From NCBI GenBank assembly GCA_037147155.1, contig JBAWVR010000002.1:1-38573 (forward strand): DNA of 38,573 bases, given 5' to 3'. Under the pieces are notes generated by a model, which saw only the letters and a program-made list of their open reading frames with translations, made no database searches and was not told where the DNA came from. Within the stretch, counting starts at the first letter, position 1; each line of letters begins with the position of its first letter. Positions 1-9,078 of this stretch are shown piece by piece. Origin of the DNA: a bacterium (lineage in GTDB: Bacteria; Patescibacteriota; Minisyncoccia; Phycocordibacterales; GWA1-40-21). The position numbers were made by a program, and so were the translations under genes.

Positions 1-5
1 GTATT

Positions 6-644
6 ATGATTATTACATATCAAGGTCTCGAGTTTTTCAAGGTGCAATTTGGTGACACAATTTTAGCATTTAATCCAATTTCTAAGGACTCCAAAATCAA
101 GTCCGCGCGTTTTGGTGCCGACATTGCTCTCGTGTCATTGAATGACAAAGACATGAATGGTGCTGATGTTTTGACTTATGCTGAACGCGAACCTTTTGTT
201 GTCGCTGGTCCAGGTGAATATGAAATCAAAGATGTTTTTATTAAAGGTTTTCAGTCAAAATCTAACTACGGTGGCACAGAAAAAATAAATACTATTTATC
301 ACATCGTGCTCGAAGGTATGAACTTGTGTTTTTTGGGCGCCACTTCTGATAAAGCTTTGGAACATGATGCAGCTGAAGGTATCGAATCAGTGGATATTTT
401 ATTCGTCCCAATCGGTGGCGATGGCGTACTTGATCCAGATGAAGCTGCCAAGCTTGCCACCACTCTTGAACCAAAGATAATTATTCCGATGCACTATGAT
501 TTGCCGGGTGCAAAAAATTGTCTTAGCACTTTTCTTAAAGAATATGGAGTAGAAAAAGTTGCTCCAGTCGATAAACTCACTCTCAAGAAAAAAGATTTGG
601 AAGGTAAAGATGGTGAAGTAATCGTACTCAGCCCACAGAATTAA
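6..644 (+). CDS. MBL-fold (COG2220/UPF0173-like) protein with an apparently degenerate metal-binding motif
   Basis: 212-aa ORF. N-terminus MIITYQGLEFFKV..ILAFNP and C-terminal IIPMHYD resemble MBL-fold hydrolases. The usual HxHxDH position reads SLNDKDMNG. Confidence 0.5.
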   Translation: MIITYQGLEFFKVQFGDTILAFNPISKDSKIKSARFGADIALVSLNDKDMNGADVLTYAEREPFVVAGPGEYEIKDVFIKGFQSKSNYGGTEKINTIYHIVLEGMNLCFLGATSDKALEHDAAEGIESVDILFVPIGGDGVLDPDEAAKLATTLEPKIIIPMHYDLPGAKNCLSTFLKEYGVEKVAPVDKLTLKKKDLEGKDGEVIVLSPQN

Positions 645-648
645 TTTT

Positions 649-1020
649 ATGAATCCTCAGGACCTCGAAAAAAAACAAAAAGACGATAAGACTAAGATAA
701 TTGCCTTTTTGGTCTCCGGGGTGTTTGTCTTGATTTTGTTTTTTTTCTGGATTGGAAATTTAGGGGGTCTGATTTCTGATTACTCAAAACGCTCATCTTG
801 GCAGGTTGGTGATTTTTGGGAAAAAACGAGTAAAGATTTTAATAAGGTTGGAACAGATTATAATCAAGCTAAAGATTTTGGGTCCGGTCTATTGAAAAAG
901 TTGGATGAAAATTCAGGAGTGACAGGTATGAATTACAATAGTATTAGTGACGCTCTTAATTCAAACCCAACGTCGACAGTCACAAGTCAAACTTTAGAAG
1001 AACTTCCAAAAAGTGAATAG
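649..1020 (+). CDS. small membrane-anchored hypothetical protein
   Basis: 123-aa ORF starting 5 nt after the upstream stop. One hydrophobic helix (IIAFLVSGVFVLILFFFWIGNL). Confidence 0.5.
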   Translation: MNPQDLEKKQKDDKTKIIAFLVSGVFVLILFFFWIGNLGGLISDYSKRSSWQVGDFWEKTSKDFNKVGTDYNQAKDFGSGLLKKLDENSGVTGMNYNSISDALNSNPTSTVTSQTLEELPKSE

Positions 1021-1053
1021 AGTGATATAATGCAAAAATAATTTTTAATACAT

Positions 1054-3519
1054 ATGTCAGACAAAAAAGATAAAAAAGTTGAGGAGGCGATTGTGCCACA
1101 CGTAAACGTCTCAGGACGTAGTATTACGACTGAAATGAAAGAGTGTTATTTGGACTATGCGATGTCCGTTATTACTCAGCGTGCTTTACCTGATGTTCGT
1201 GATGGTCTAAAACCAGTTCACCGTCGTATTCTTTTTGCTATGAACCAAATGGGTTTAACAGCAGGAGCCAAGACTCGTAAATCCGCCGCTGTGGTGGGTG
1301 AAGTGCTTGGTAACTATCACCCTCATGGTGACGTGGCAGTGTATGAATCTATGGTTAAACTCGCACAAGATTTTGCCTGTCGTTACCCTTTGATTATTGG
1401 TCAAGGTAACTTTGGTTCCATTGATGGAGATAGTGCTGCGGCCATGCGTTATACCGAAGCCAAGATGTCCAAGATGTCCTCTGAACTTTTGCGAGACATT
1501 GAAAAAGAAACTGTTAACTGGCGACCAAACTATGACAACACCAAGAAGGAACCTGAAGTGCTGCCAACCGCTGTTCCGAACTTACTTCTAAACGGTATTA
1601 TGGGTATTGCTGTCGGTATGGCCACCAACATCCCACCACACAACCTAGGTGAAGTGATTGATGCTACTTCATATTTGTTGGAGAATCCAAAAGACACCAC
1701 CACTGAAGATTTGCTCAAATTCATCAAGGGTCCTGACTTTCCAATGGGTGGAATTATTTTTAATGAAGCCGATATCAAGCGTGCATATGCTACCGGTCGC
1801 GGTGGTGTGGTTTGTCGCGGTCAGGCTGAAATCGTCGAAGACAAAAAAGGAGCTTTTCAAATTATCATTACTTCTATTCCGTACCGTGTGAACAAAGCGG
1901 ATTTTATTATGAGTATCGCGGACTTGGTTCGCGACAAAAAGATTGATGGTATTAAGGGTTTGCGTGATGAGTCGGCCAAGGATATTCGAGTGGCGATTGA
2001 CCTCAAGGCTGGAGCTCAACCGCAAAAAGTTTTAAATTTCCTTTACAAACACACTCAATTAGAAGATTCTTTCAACTTTAACGTCGTGGCTCTGGTTGAT
2101 GGTGTACCACAAACTTTGTCTCTCAAAGCAATTTTGGATAATTTTATTTCACACCGCAAGATTGTGATTCGTCGTCGTACAGAATTTGATTTGGACAAAG
2201 CTCTTGCACGTGAGCATATTTTGCTCGGCTTGAAGAAGGCATTGGACCATATTGACGAGATTATTAAACTCATCAAAAAGTCCAAAGATGTTGAAGAAGC
2301 TCGCTTGGCTTTGATGAAGACTTTCAAATTCTCTGAAATTCAAGCCAATGCAATTCTGGAAATGAAATTGCAGAAATTGGCTGGTTTGGAACGCAAAAAA
2401 ATTGAGGATGAATTGAAGGCGGTCCAGGCTCTGATTGAAGATCTGAAAGACATCCTAGCTAATCCAAAAAGAATCATCAAAGTCATCAAGGATGAATTGA
2501 TTGATATCAAAGCACGATATGGTGATGAACGCCGTACCAAAGTGGTCAAAGGTGGCGTCGCCAACCTCTCTGATGAGGATTTGATTCCGGATGAAGAAAC
2601 TGTTTTGGTGTTGACCGCTGGCGGTTATGTCAAACGCACCAATCCTGATGAATATCACAAACAGAAGCGTGGTGGTGTCGGTGTGGTGGATCTGGATACC
2701 AAAGAAGAAGATTTTGTGACTACACTTTTGACTACCACTACCCACAGTGATGTTCTCTTCTTTACCGATAAAGGCAAGGCCTTCCAGATCAAAATGTATG
2801 ATTTGCCAGAAGGTAAGCGTGCTACCAAGGGTAAGTCTATCGTGAACTTCCTCTCAATTGGTGACAATGAAAAGATTACCTCTGTTCTCGCTATGCCAAA
2901 GGGAGTGAAGAATTCTGGTCTCAGCTTATTTATGATTACCAAGCAAGGTACTGCCAAAATGGTAGAAGCCAAAGCTTTTGAAGATGTTCGTCGCAACGGT
3001 TTGATTGCTATTACCTTAAATGATGGTGATGAACTCAAGTCTGTCTCATTCGTGGACAAGGGTGATGATGTTATCGTCGCTACTACCAAAGGTCAGTCTA
3101 TTCGTTTCAAGGGCACTGATATTCGCGTCATGGGTCGCAATGCGGCTGGTGTCCGTGGTATCAAGCTTGGCAAGGGTGACTTCGTGATTGGTGCTGATGT
3201 GGTCAAGAAAGATATGGAGAATCCAAGCATGATGGTGATTTCGGCTAACGGTTACGGTAAGAAGACTCCACTCAAGGAATACAAGACACAGGGTCGCGGT
3301 GGTTCCGGTATCAAGACCATGAAGGTTACTCCAAAGACGGGAGAGATTATCAGTTCCAAAGTGGTATCAAGTGAGGAAGAACTGGTAGTAATTTCTAAAC
3401 AAAGTCAGGTTATTCGTACTAGTTTGGAAGAGATTCCATCACTCGGCCGTCAGACTCAGGGTGTGCGTGTGATGAAGCTTCGCGAGGGTGATGGCATTGC
3501 TTCACTTATTTGTCTCTAG
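1054..3519 (+). CDS. gyrA: DNA gyrase subunit A
   Basis: 821 aa. Contains [25 protein letters not shown], the catalytic region AAAMRYTEA, a GyrA-box-like KQKRGGVG, and repeated C-terminal beta-pinwheel blades. Confidence 0.95.
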   Translation: MSDKKDKKVEEAIVPHVNVSGRSITTEMKECYLDYAMSVITQRALPDVRDGLKPVHRRILFAMNQMGLTAGAKTRKSAAVVGEVLGNYHPHGDVAVYESMVKLAQDFACRYPLIIGQGNFGSIDGDSAAAMRYTEAKMSKMSSELLRDIEKETVNWRPNYDNTKKEPEVLPTAVPNLLLNGIMGIAVGMATNIPPHNLGEVIDATSYLLENPKDTTTEDLLKFIKGPDFPMGGIIFNEADIKRAYATGRGGVVCRGQAEIVEDKKGAFQIIITSIPYRVNKADFIMSIADLVRDKKIDGIKGLRDESAKDIRVAIDLKAGAQPQKVLNFLYKHTQLEDSFNFNVVALVDGVPQTLSLKAILDNFISHRKIVIRRRTEFDLDKALAREHILLGLKKALDHIDEIIKLIKKSKDVEEARLALMKTFKFSEIQANAILEMKLQKLAGLERKKIEDELKAVQALIEDLKDILANPKRIIKVIKDELIDIKARYGDERRTKVVKGGVANLSDEDLIPDEETVLVLTAGGYVKRTNPDEYHKQKRGGVGVVDLDTKEEDFVTTLLTTTTHSDVLFFTDKGKAFQIKMYDLPEGKRATKGKSIVNFLSIGDNEKITSVLAMPKGVKNSGLSLFMITKQGTAKMVEAKAFEDVRRNGLIAITLNDGDELKSVSFVDKGDDVIVATTKGQSIRFKGTDIRVMGRNAAGVRGIKLGKGDFVIGADVVKKDMENPSMMVISANGYGKKTPLKEYKTQGRGGSGIKTMKVTPKTGEIISSKVVSSEEELVVISKQSQVIRTSLEEIPSLGRQTQGVRVMKLREGDGIASLICL

Positions 3520-3540
3520 TTATAATTATTATAATAAAAA

Positions 3541-3578
3541 AGGCCGGTTTTGGCTTCCGTCAAAACCGGCCTTTTTTC
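3541..3578 (+). terminator. intrinsic terminator after gyrA
   Basis: aggccggtttt / aaaaccggcct stem followed by a T-run. Confidence 0.85.
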
Positions 3579-3636
3579 TTTGCTACTATTATTTTTATTT
3601 GGTATAATATTAGAAGTTTACACGACACATTATTTT

Positions 3637-4164
3637 ATGTTTTCCGATCCCCAGAAAATTATTGACCAACTTTCATTAGCACCAGGACAAACGGTGTTGG
3701 ACTTTGGTGCTGGCTCTGGTCACTATACTCTAATTGCTGCACAAAAAGTTGGAGCTGGCGGTCGTATCTATGCGATTGATATTCAGACTGATCTACTCAG
3801 ACGTATTATAGGTATGGTAGCGGAAAAGGGTTTGATGAACACCAGTATTATCACTGCCGATCTCGAAAAAACTCAAAGTACCAACTTAAAACCAGGTCTA
3901 GCCGATTGGGCTTTTGTTGCCAACCTGTTGTTTATGCTTAAAGATAAGAAAAATATTTTGTCCGAAGCTTTTCGTTTACTGAAACCAAACGGTCGTTTAC
4001 TTATTGTAGATTGGAAGGAGTCTTTTAATGGACTCGGACCACAGTCAGAACAGGTGATAAAAGAGGCTGAAGTTAGACAATTGGCCGAACAAATTGGTTT
4101 TATTGTCCAGTCAAATATTGAGGCTGGCGAACATCATTATGGTTTAATATTTAAAAAACAATGA
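3637..4164 (+). CDS. class I SAM-dependent methyltransferase
   Basis: Motif I VLDFGAGSGHYT, then IYAIDI and LLKPNGRLLIVDW. The track start at 3550 lies inside the gyrA terminator hairpin, so the in-frame ATG at 3637 is preferred. An extended -10 (tggtataat) sits at about 3600. Confidence 0.75.
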   Translation: MFSDPQKIIDQLSLAPGQTVLDFGAGSGHYTLIAAQKVGAGGRIYAIDIQTDLLRRIIGMVAEKGLMNTSIITADLEKTQSTNLKPGLADWAFVANLLFMLKDKKNILSEAFRLLKPNGRLLIVDWKESFNGLGPQSEQVIKEAEVRQLAEQIGFIVQSNIEAGEHHYGLIFKKQ

Positions 4165-5459
4165 AAGCATTTCAAATAATTTTATTAGGCTTTTTTGTGG
4201 CTCTAGCCATTGCCGGTTTAGTGGCTTTTGCAATGTTTCGTGGAGGTAGTCAGCAGGCTTCAACTATTACAGTTTGGGGAATGGTGCCTAATGAATCAAT
4301 TGATAAAATTCTCGGCGAATTACGTTCTAGTCGCAATGGAGCCGTGAACATGACTTACATTTACAAAGATCCAGCTGTTTTTGATAGCGATTTGTTAAAC
4401 GCTATCGCTAGTGGTAAAAGTCCGGATGCGGTCATTCTACCGAATGATTTGATTTATCGTTATTCTGATAAAATAATTCCTGTCCCATATTCTAATCTTA
4501 GTGAAAGTGATTTTAGAGATACTTATGTAGACATGGCTTCAGTTTATCTAACAACTAATGGAATTTTGGCTTTACCGATTAGTGTTGATCCGTTGATTAT
4601 GTATTGGAATAGAGATATTTTTAATACCACAGGGAAAACTAATCCACCAGCCTATTGGGATGAATTACAAGCTATGGTACCGGATTTTGTAGTTAAAAAT
4701 GCTAGCAAGGACATTATGCGCTCAGGTGTCGCTTTTGGAGAATTTAGAAATGTTACACATCCCAAGGAACTCTTGACTCTGCTTATGATGCAAGCAGGCA
4801 GTCGTATGGTGGAGAATAATGCAGGTTATTACACTGCTAATCTAGACGAATCAACTACCGGTAGTGGTGTTTACCCAGCTAGTGCCGCTTTTAGATACTA
4901 CAGCGACTTTGCTGATCCAAATAAAATTGTCTATAGTTGGAATCGTTCTTTGAAGAATGATAAACAAACATTTATCGCAGGAGATTTGGCTGTTTATTTT
5001 GGTTTAGCTTCGGAATACAATGAGATAGCAGCCAAGAACCCTAATTTGAATTTTGGTATTTCCTCAGTTCCACAAAAACGTGATGCGCGTATTTTTATAA
5101 CAGATGGTTTGATGAATGGTTTTTCTATTTTGAAAGGAAGTGCCAATCCGTCCAACGCCCTCACTCAGATTACGAAAATTTTGGCACCAGATGTTTTGCA
5201 GTACTGGGTAGATTACGGAAAAATAGTTCCAGCTAGACGAGATATGTTAGCTACGACCAATAGTGATAATATTTTAAAAGTTTTATCATACCGTTCTGCT
5301 CTGTCAGCCAAAACCTGGATGGACCCAGATGGCAAAGAGACTGATAGAATATTTCAGCAGTCCATCGAATCAATATCCACTGGAAAAAATTATGTCTATG
5401 AAGCAATTGCTGATTTAAATGGCGGTATTAACTTATTATTAGCTAAATATAAAAAGTAA
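4161..5459 (+). CDS. membrane-anchored extracellular solute-binding-protein-like protein
   Basis: 432 aa with an N-terminal TM helix. Overall resemblance to family-1 periplasmic sugar-binding proteins. Its start overlaps the upstream stop (ATGA). No ABC permease or ATPase gene lies nearby. Confidence 0.5.
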   Translation: MKAFQIILLGFFVALAIAGLVAFAMFRGGSQQASTITVWGMVPNESIDKILGELRSSRNGAVNMTYIYKDPAVFDSDLLNAIASGKSPDAVILPNDLIYRYSDKIIPVPYSNLSESDFRDTYVDMASVYLTTNGILALPISVDPLIMYWNRDIFNTTGKTNPPAYWDELQAMVPDFVVKNASKDIMRSGVAFGEFRNVTHPKELLTLLMMQAGSRMVENNAGYYTANLDESTTGSGVYPASAAFRYYSDFADPNKIVYSWNRSLKNDKQTFIAGDLAVYFGLASEYNEIAAKNPNLNFGISSVPQKRDARIFITDGLMNGFSILKGSANPSNALTQITKILAPDVLQYWVDYGKIVPARRDMLATTNSDNILKVLSYRSALSAKTWMDPDGKETDRIFQQSIESISTGKNYVYEAIADLNGGINLLLAKYKK

Positions 5460-5908
5460 TGAAGAAATATTTATTAACATCTTTTTTGATTTCAATCTTT
5501 TTTGTTACTTCTGTTGGCCCAGTTTTTGCTCAGAGTGAATTGCCATCCAAACCCGTTACACCCAGCAGTTTTAGTGGCCTAGTAAATTGCGGCAACAAGA
5601 TTGTGAATGGCAAAATCGATCCGTCGGACCAATGTACTTTTGATAAGTTGGTGGAAATGTTTAAATATATAATGAAGTACGCTCTATGGCTGATTATGCT
5701 GGCTATGGTCGGAGTCTTTGTTTTTATGGGCTTTATGTATATCAAATCGCAGGGTAGTTCTGCTGAAGTTAAAAAAGCCTGGGATATGATGAAAAAAATG
5801 GCCATCGGTGTATTTTGGATGCTATGTGCCTGGATTATTGTTTATACAATTTTATCTCAATTGGGTAATGATAAGACAAATATTTTGAGATTTTTTAGCA
5901 AACCATAA
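5459..5908 (+). CDS. T4SS-pilin-like (TrbC/VirB2-type) small membrane protein, paralog 1
   Basis: Signal peptide ending VFAQS, then two TM helices separated by a short basic loop (YIKSQGSSAEVKKAWD). The start overlaps the upstream stop (TAATG). Confidence 0.6.
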   Translation: MKKYLLTSFLISIFFVTSVGPVFAQSELPSKPVTPSSFSGLVNCGNKIVNGKIDPSDQCTFDKLVEMFKYIMKYALWLIMLAMVGVFVFMGFMYIKSQGSSAEVKKAWDMMKKMAIGVFWMLCAWIIVYTILSQLGNDKTNILRFFSKP

Positions 5909-5934
5909 TAATTAAACATAAATTAATAACAAAT

Positions 5935-6270
5935 ATGAAAAAAATATTATTTATTTTACTTGCCTGGAGTCTGCCAATGTTTTTTGTTTTTGCTGCCAGT
6001 TCCGCCACTTTGGATAATCCATTAAAATGGGATACTTTGGAGGGGGCAGTGGCTGGTATTATGAGTGTGATTGTTAAAGTTGGTGCCATTGCTGTCATTC
6101 TAGCCTTTATTTGGGTAGGTTGGATGTATGTTAAGGCTCAGGGAGCACCAAAAGATATCGAGGCTGCACACAAGGCTTTTCAATACACAGTTATTGGCGC
6201 TTTGGTTTTATTAGGAGCTGATGTGATTGCTAATCTGATTGCTGGTACAGTCAAAACTATTCAAAAATAA
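5935..6270 (+). CDS. T4SS-pilin-like protein, paralog 2 (most canonical)
   Basis: Signal peptide; LDNPL motif; TM1; loop YVKAQGAPKDIEAAHKAF; TM2. This is the typical layout of CPR pilin-family proteins. Confidence 0.75.
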   Translation: MKKILFILLAWSLPMFFVFAASSATLDNPLKWDTLEGAVAGIMSVIVKVGAIAVILAFIWVGWMYVKAQGAPKDIEAAHKAFQYTVIGALVLLGADVIANLIAGTVKTIQK

Positions 6271-6272
6271 TT

Positions 6273-7061
6273 ATGAAAAAAACTACCCCAGCTTTATTGC
6301 TTTCTAGTCTGATTGTGGCACTTAGTCCGTTTGTGGCCTCAGCCTATTCTGCTACCAATATTAAAGATTTATTGCAGGGTACAGTGGATAATATTTTGAA
6401 ACCAGTTGTGGTAATTTTAATCGGTTTGGCAGTTTTGGCGACTCTTTGGAATGGTTTTAAGATTGTTAAAGAAAGCGGGGGTAAAGATATTGCCAAATAT
6501 CGCACAGCTTTAATTATGAGTATTATTGCTCTAGCCGTTATGGTTAGCTTCTGGGGAATTATTGGGATAATGCGTGATACTTTTGGTTTGACTCGTTCAG
6601 ATAGCGTACTTAATCGTTTGGGTAGTGGCTCTACAAATATTAACGGCCAGATAGTCTCTGGTTCGAATGCTCAGTTTACAGCCGGATCTGCAGAGTCAAT
6701 ATTTTTAAATAACTCTAGCCAAAATACCACTATTAAAAATAGTTATAGTTCAGGTGCTGGTACTATTGATGGAGCCGGTTTTGATACAAAGTCTATTGAC
6801 GGTGTGGGTGTAGTCCAAACAGCGGGTGCTAGTAGCGGTTCATTTCAAAGTATAGATGCAAATGGCAATATGATTAGTCCTCAGAATGATGCAATAAAAA
6901 CTGTTGGTGGTTCTGGTAATGCTAACTCTAATAATGATTCAGTAGTTAGTGATATGTATGGTAACCAGGGTGCAGGCTGGCAGGGCACTAAACAAGTAGA
7001 TACTTTCAATAATACTGTCGCCAAGCCAACCAATGGTTTTATTAATTGGATATTTAAGTAA
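6273..7061 (+). CDS. T4SS-pilin-like protein, paralog 3, with a long Ser/Gly/Asn-rich C-terminal extension
   Basis: Signal peptide, two TM helices and the loop KIVKESGGKDIAKYR, followed by about 150 aa of low-complexity tail. Confidence 0.6.
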   Translation: MKKTTPALLLSSLIVALSPFVASAYSATNIKDLLQGTVDNILKPVVVILIGLAVLATLWNGFKIVKESGGKDIAKYRTALIMSIIALAVMVSFWGIIGIMRDTFGLTRSDSVLNRLGSGSTNINGQIVSGSNAQFTAGSAESIFLNNSSQNTTIKNSYSSGAGTIDGAGFDTKSIDGVGVVQTAGASSGSFQSIDANGNMISPQNDAIKTVGGSGNANSNNDSVVSDMYGNQGAGWQGTKQVDTFNNTVAKPTNGFINWIFK

Positions 7062-7065
7062 AAGT

Positions 7066-7413
7066 ATGAAAAATATTTTACTAGCTTTTACAGTTTTGGC
7101 ACCAATATTTACTTTTGCAGCCAATCTAAAGACAGATTATTTGAGATCTTTTTTTGGCAGTGCCACAACCATCATTACAAGCTTAGCTGTTTTGGTAATT
7201 TCTATCACCGTTCTGTATTTGATATTAAGTGTGGTTTCTTTTATGAGAAATAATATGATTGATAAAGCCAAGAGGGCTGAGGCGGCTACGGGAATCTTGT
7301 GGAGTGTTATAGCTATTGCTGTTATGGTGTCTATTTGGGGTATAGTTTCAATTCTCCAGGGCATGTTTTTTAGTGATCTTTCTGGTCAGGTATTCAACGG
7401 TTCAATTAAATAA
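7066..7413 (+). CDS. T4SS-pilin-like protein, paralog 4
   Basis: The in-frame ATG at 7066 gives MKNILLAFTVL.. with a signal peptide. Two TM helices with a basic loop. Confidence 0.6.
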   Translation: MKNILLAFTVLAPIFTFAANLKTDYLRSFFGSATTIITSLAVLVISITVLYLILSVVSFMRNNMIDKAKRAEAATGILWSVIAIAVMVSIWGIVSILQGMFFSDLSGQVFNGSIK

Positions 7414-7650
7414 AAGGCATTAAACCTTACAAGTTCTGTACAACTTTCGTTTATTTTTAAGTAAAAGCTCAGGGCCTTACAAAGCTCTGAGTGTTCGTTA
7501 TTGTGATTGGGTTGTGGGTGTAAAGTAATATTTAAAGTTATCTACACCGCATCTTTTTTACTATTTGCTTTTTTGTATTTGATGATATAATTATAAGGTA
7601 AAAAGGTCATAGGTCAAAAATTATTAATAAATATTTTTACAAAATAAAAA

Positions 7651-8004
7651 ATGAAAAAAGTTTTAGCAATCAGTTTGTCATCAGTATTGCCATTTATGGC
7701 TTTAGCTGCCACACCAAGTACTCAGTATATTTCAACTTGGATTGAACAAATCCAAAGTATTATTAACAGTCTCGTTCCAGTATTGGTTGGTTTGTCCGTT
7801 CTATTCTTCATTTGGAGTATTTTCAAGTACATCAAATCTGATGATCCAAAGACCAAGGGCGACGCTGCAAAGGGAATGATGTGGGGTATTGTTTTCTTGG
7901 CTGTTATCGTTTCAGTTTGGGGATTGGTTGCATTATTGCAAAACATCTTCGGTGTTGATACTCGTGGTGTAAGTAATGTTCGAAACCTCGTACCTACAAA
8001 CTAA
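7651..8004 (+). CDS. T4SS-pilin-like protein, paralog 5
   Basis: Signal peptide (MALAATP), TM1, loop YIKSDDPKTKGDAAKG, TM2. Confidence 0.65.
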   Translation: MKKVLAISLSSVLPFMALAATPSTQYISTWIEQIQSIINSLVPVLVGLSVLFFIWSIFKYIKSDDPKTKGDAAKGMMWGIVFLAVIVSVWGLVALLQNIFGVDTRGVSNVRNLVPTN

Positions 8005-8013
8005 TTTAAGTTT

Positions 8014-8256
8014 ATGTCTGCTGACCTTTTAATTAACAAAATTTTAGAAAATATAATCAACCCGATGGTTTATTTTCTGATGGTTGTTGCTATTATTGTC
8101 TTTATTTGGGGATTAGTTCAATATATAAATAAAGAAGCACCGGCTGACAAACATAAAGAAGGTATCGATAAAATGATCTATGGAGCTATCGGTCTGACGA
8201 TTATGTTTTCAGCTCAGGGAATAATTCACATTTTGTTAGATTTTTTAGGTAGGTAG
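8014..8256 (+). CDS. T4SS-pilin-like protein, paralog 6, without an obvious signal peptide
   Basis: 80 aa with two TM helices and the loop YINKEAPADKHKEGIDK. Same core layout as paralogs 1-5. Confidence 0.5.
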   Translation: MSADLLINKILENIINPMVYFLMVVAIIVFIWGLVQYINKEAPADKHKEGIDKMIYGAIGLTIMFSAQGIIHILLDFLGR

Positions 8257-8276
8257 TTGATAAAAAAAAGTTTAGA

Positions 8277-8314
8277 AAAGCAGGCGTCCCAGAATACGGG
8301 GCGCCTGTTTTGTT
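8277..8314. terminator. bidirectional intrinsic terminator
   Basis: caggcgtccc / ggggcgcctg stem flanked by an A-run and a T-run, between convergent genes. Confidence 0.8.
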
Positions 8315-8323
8315 GATTTTGTG

Positions 8324-8797
8324 TCACCGTTCTTCTTCGTAGAAGGTGACTAATGTCTTTCCTTGTTGGGAACTTATCCAGACGGTTTGGTCTTTGGGGA
8401 CTTCGCCGTACTGGGTGAGGGAGAAGGGTCCAATTGTCGACGTCACATAGATTGGACGTTCGGCTGTCCAACGACATGGTCCAATGATTGGATCCCAGTA
8501 ACCCTTCACGACCTCCAGGTTACTCACCGCTACCCGTTTGATAGGTAGGGGCATAGTGTACGCTTGGGGTGGCACAATGGTTTGGCTGGGTTGAGTCGGA
8601 AAGATGACTGTTGGGGCCGGAATCACGGTTGTTGCCGGTTTGATTGGTGTTTCAACTTTGATGGTGGTTTGACAATTGTGTTTGTTACCATGCGTGGTTA
8701 CAAACTTTCTGGTCACAGCCACAGTACAAAGAGTAAAAATCACCAAACAAGTCAGGCAAACAATGATGCCGGTCTTCTCGAACTTGGGGGTGTACAT
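8324..8797 (-). CDS. hypothetical membrane-anchored protein with a Pro/Thr-rich linker
   Basis: 157-aa ORF with a strong SD (aggagg) upstream, an N-terminal TM helix and a PT-rich linker. No family recognised. By eye it looks GC-richer than the neighbouring genes. Confidence 0.6.
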   Translation of the reverse strand: MYTPKFEKTGIIVCLTCLVIFTLCTVAVTRKFVTTHGNKHNCQTTIKVETPIKPATTVIPAPTVIFPTQPSQTIVPPQAYTMPLPIKRVAVSNLEVVKGYWDPIIGPCRWTAERPIYVTSTIGPFSLTQYGEVPKDQTVWISSQQGKTLVTFYEEER

Positions 8798-8960
8798 GCT
8801 TTTTCCTCCTGCTAGATGAAATTATGTCTGGAAAAATATATACCATCCGGTATATTTCTTTGAATCTTTCATTATAATAACATAGTGAAGATATAAAGTC
8901 AAAGACAAACAAAGAGGGGATTTGACTTTTTGGCCCAAATAAACGATAATTTAACCCAAT

Positions 8961-9041
8961 GCGCGAGTGGCGAAATTGGTACACGCACTTGCCTTAGGAG
9001 CAAGCGGGGCAACCCATGGAGGTTCAAATCCTCTCTCGCGC
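8961..9041 (+). tRNA. tRNA-Leu (anticodon TAG)
   Basis: Acceptor gcgcgag/ctcgcgc, anticodon loop cttagga, long variable arm, T-loop ttcaaat. No encoded CCA. Confidence 0.9.
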
Positions 9042-9078
9042 ACAAATTAAAATCCCCGAATGGGGATATTTTAATTTG
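9042..9078 (+). terminator. intrinsic terminator after tRNA-Leu(TAG)
   Basis: caaattaaaatcccc gaat ggggatattttaatttg. The stem can extend into the tRNA acceptor 3' strand and its downstream inverted copy. Confidence 0.8.

Noticed and set aside
1397-3089. Numerous nested or antisense ORFs inside gyrA, infB, clpB, topA, alr, serS, dus and dnaX, for example 1669-2025, 2655-3089, 13170-13481, 18180-18638 and 32693-33103.
   Set aside because: They lie entirely within confidently identified long conserved genes, on other frames or strands. They have no ribosome-binding sites and give low-complexity translations. They are typical shadow ORFs.
3550-3636. The upstream TTG start of the methyltransferase ORF, which would add a hydrophobic N-terminal segment.
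   Set aside because: The first codons lie inside the gyrA terminator hairpin and upstream of a good -10 element. The ATG at 3637 is the more plausible start.
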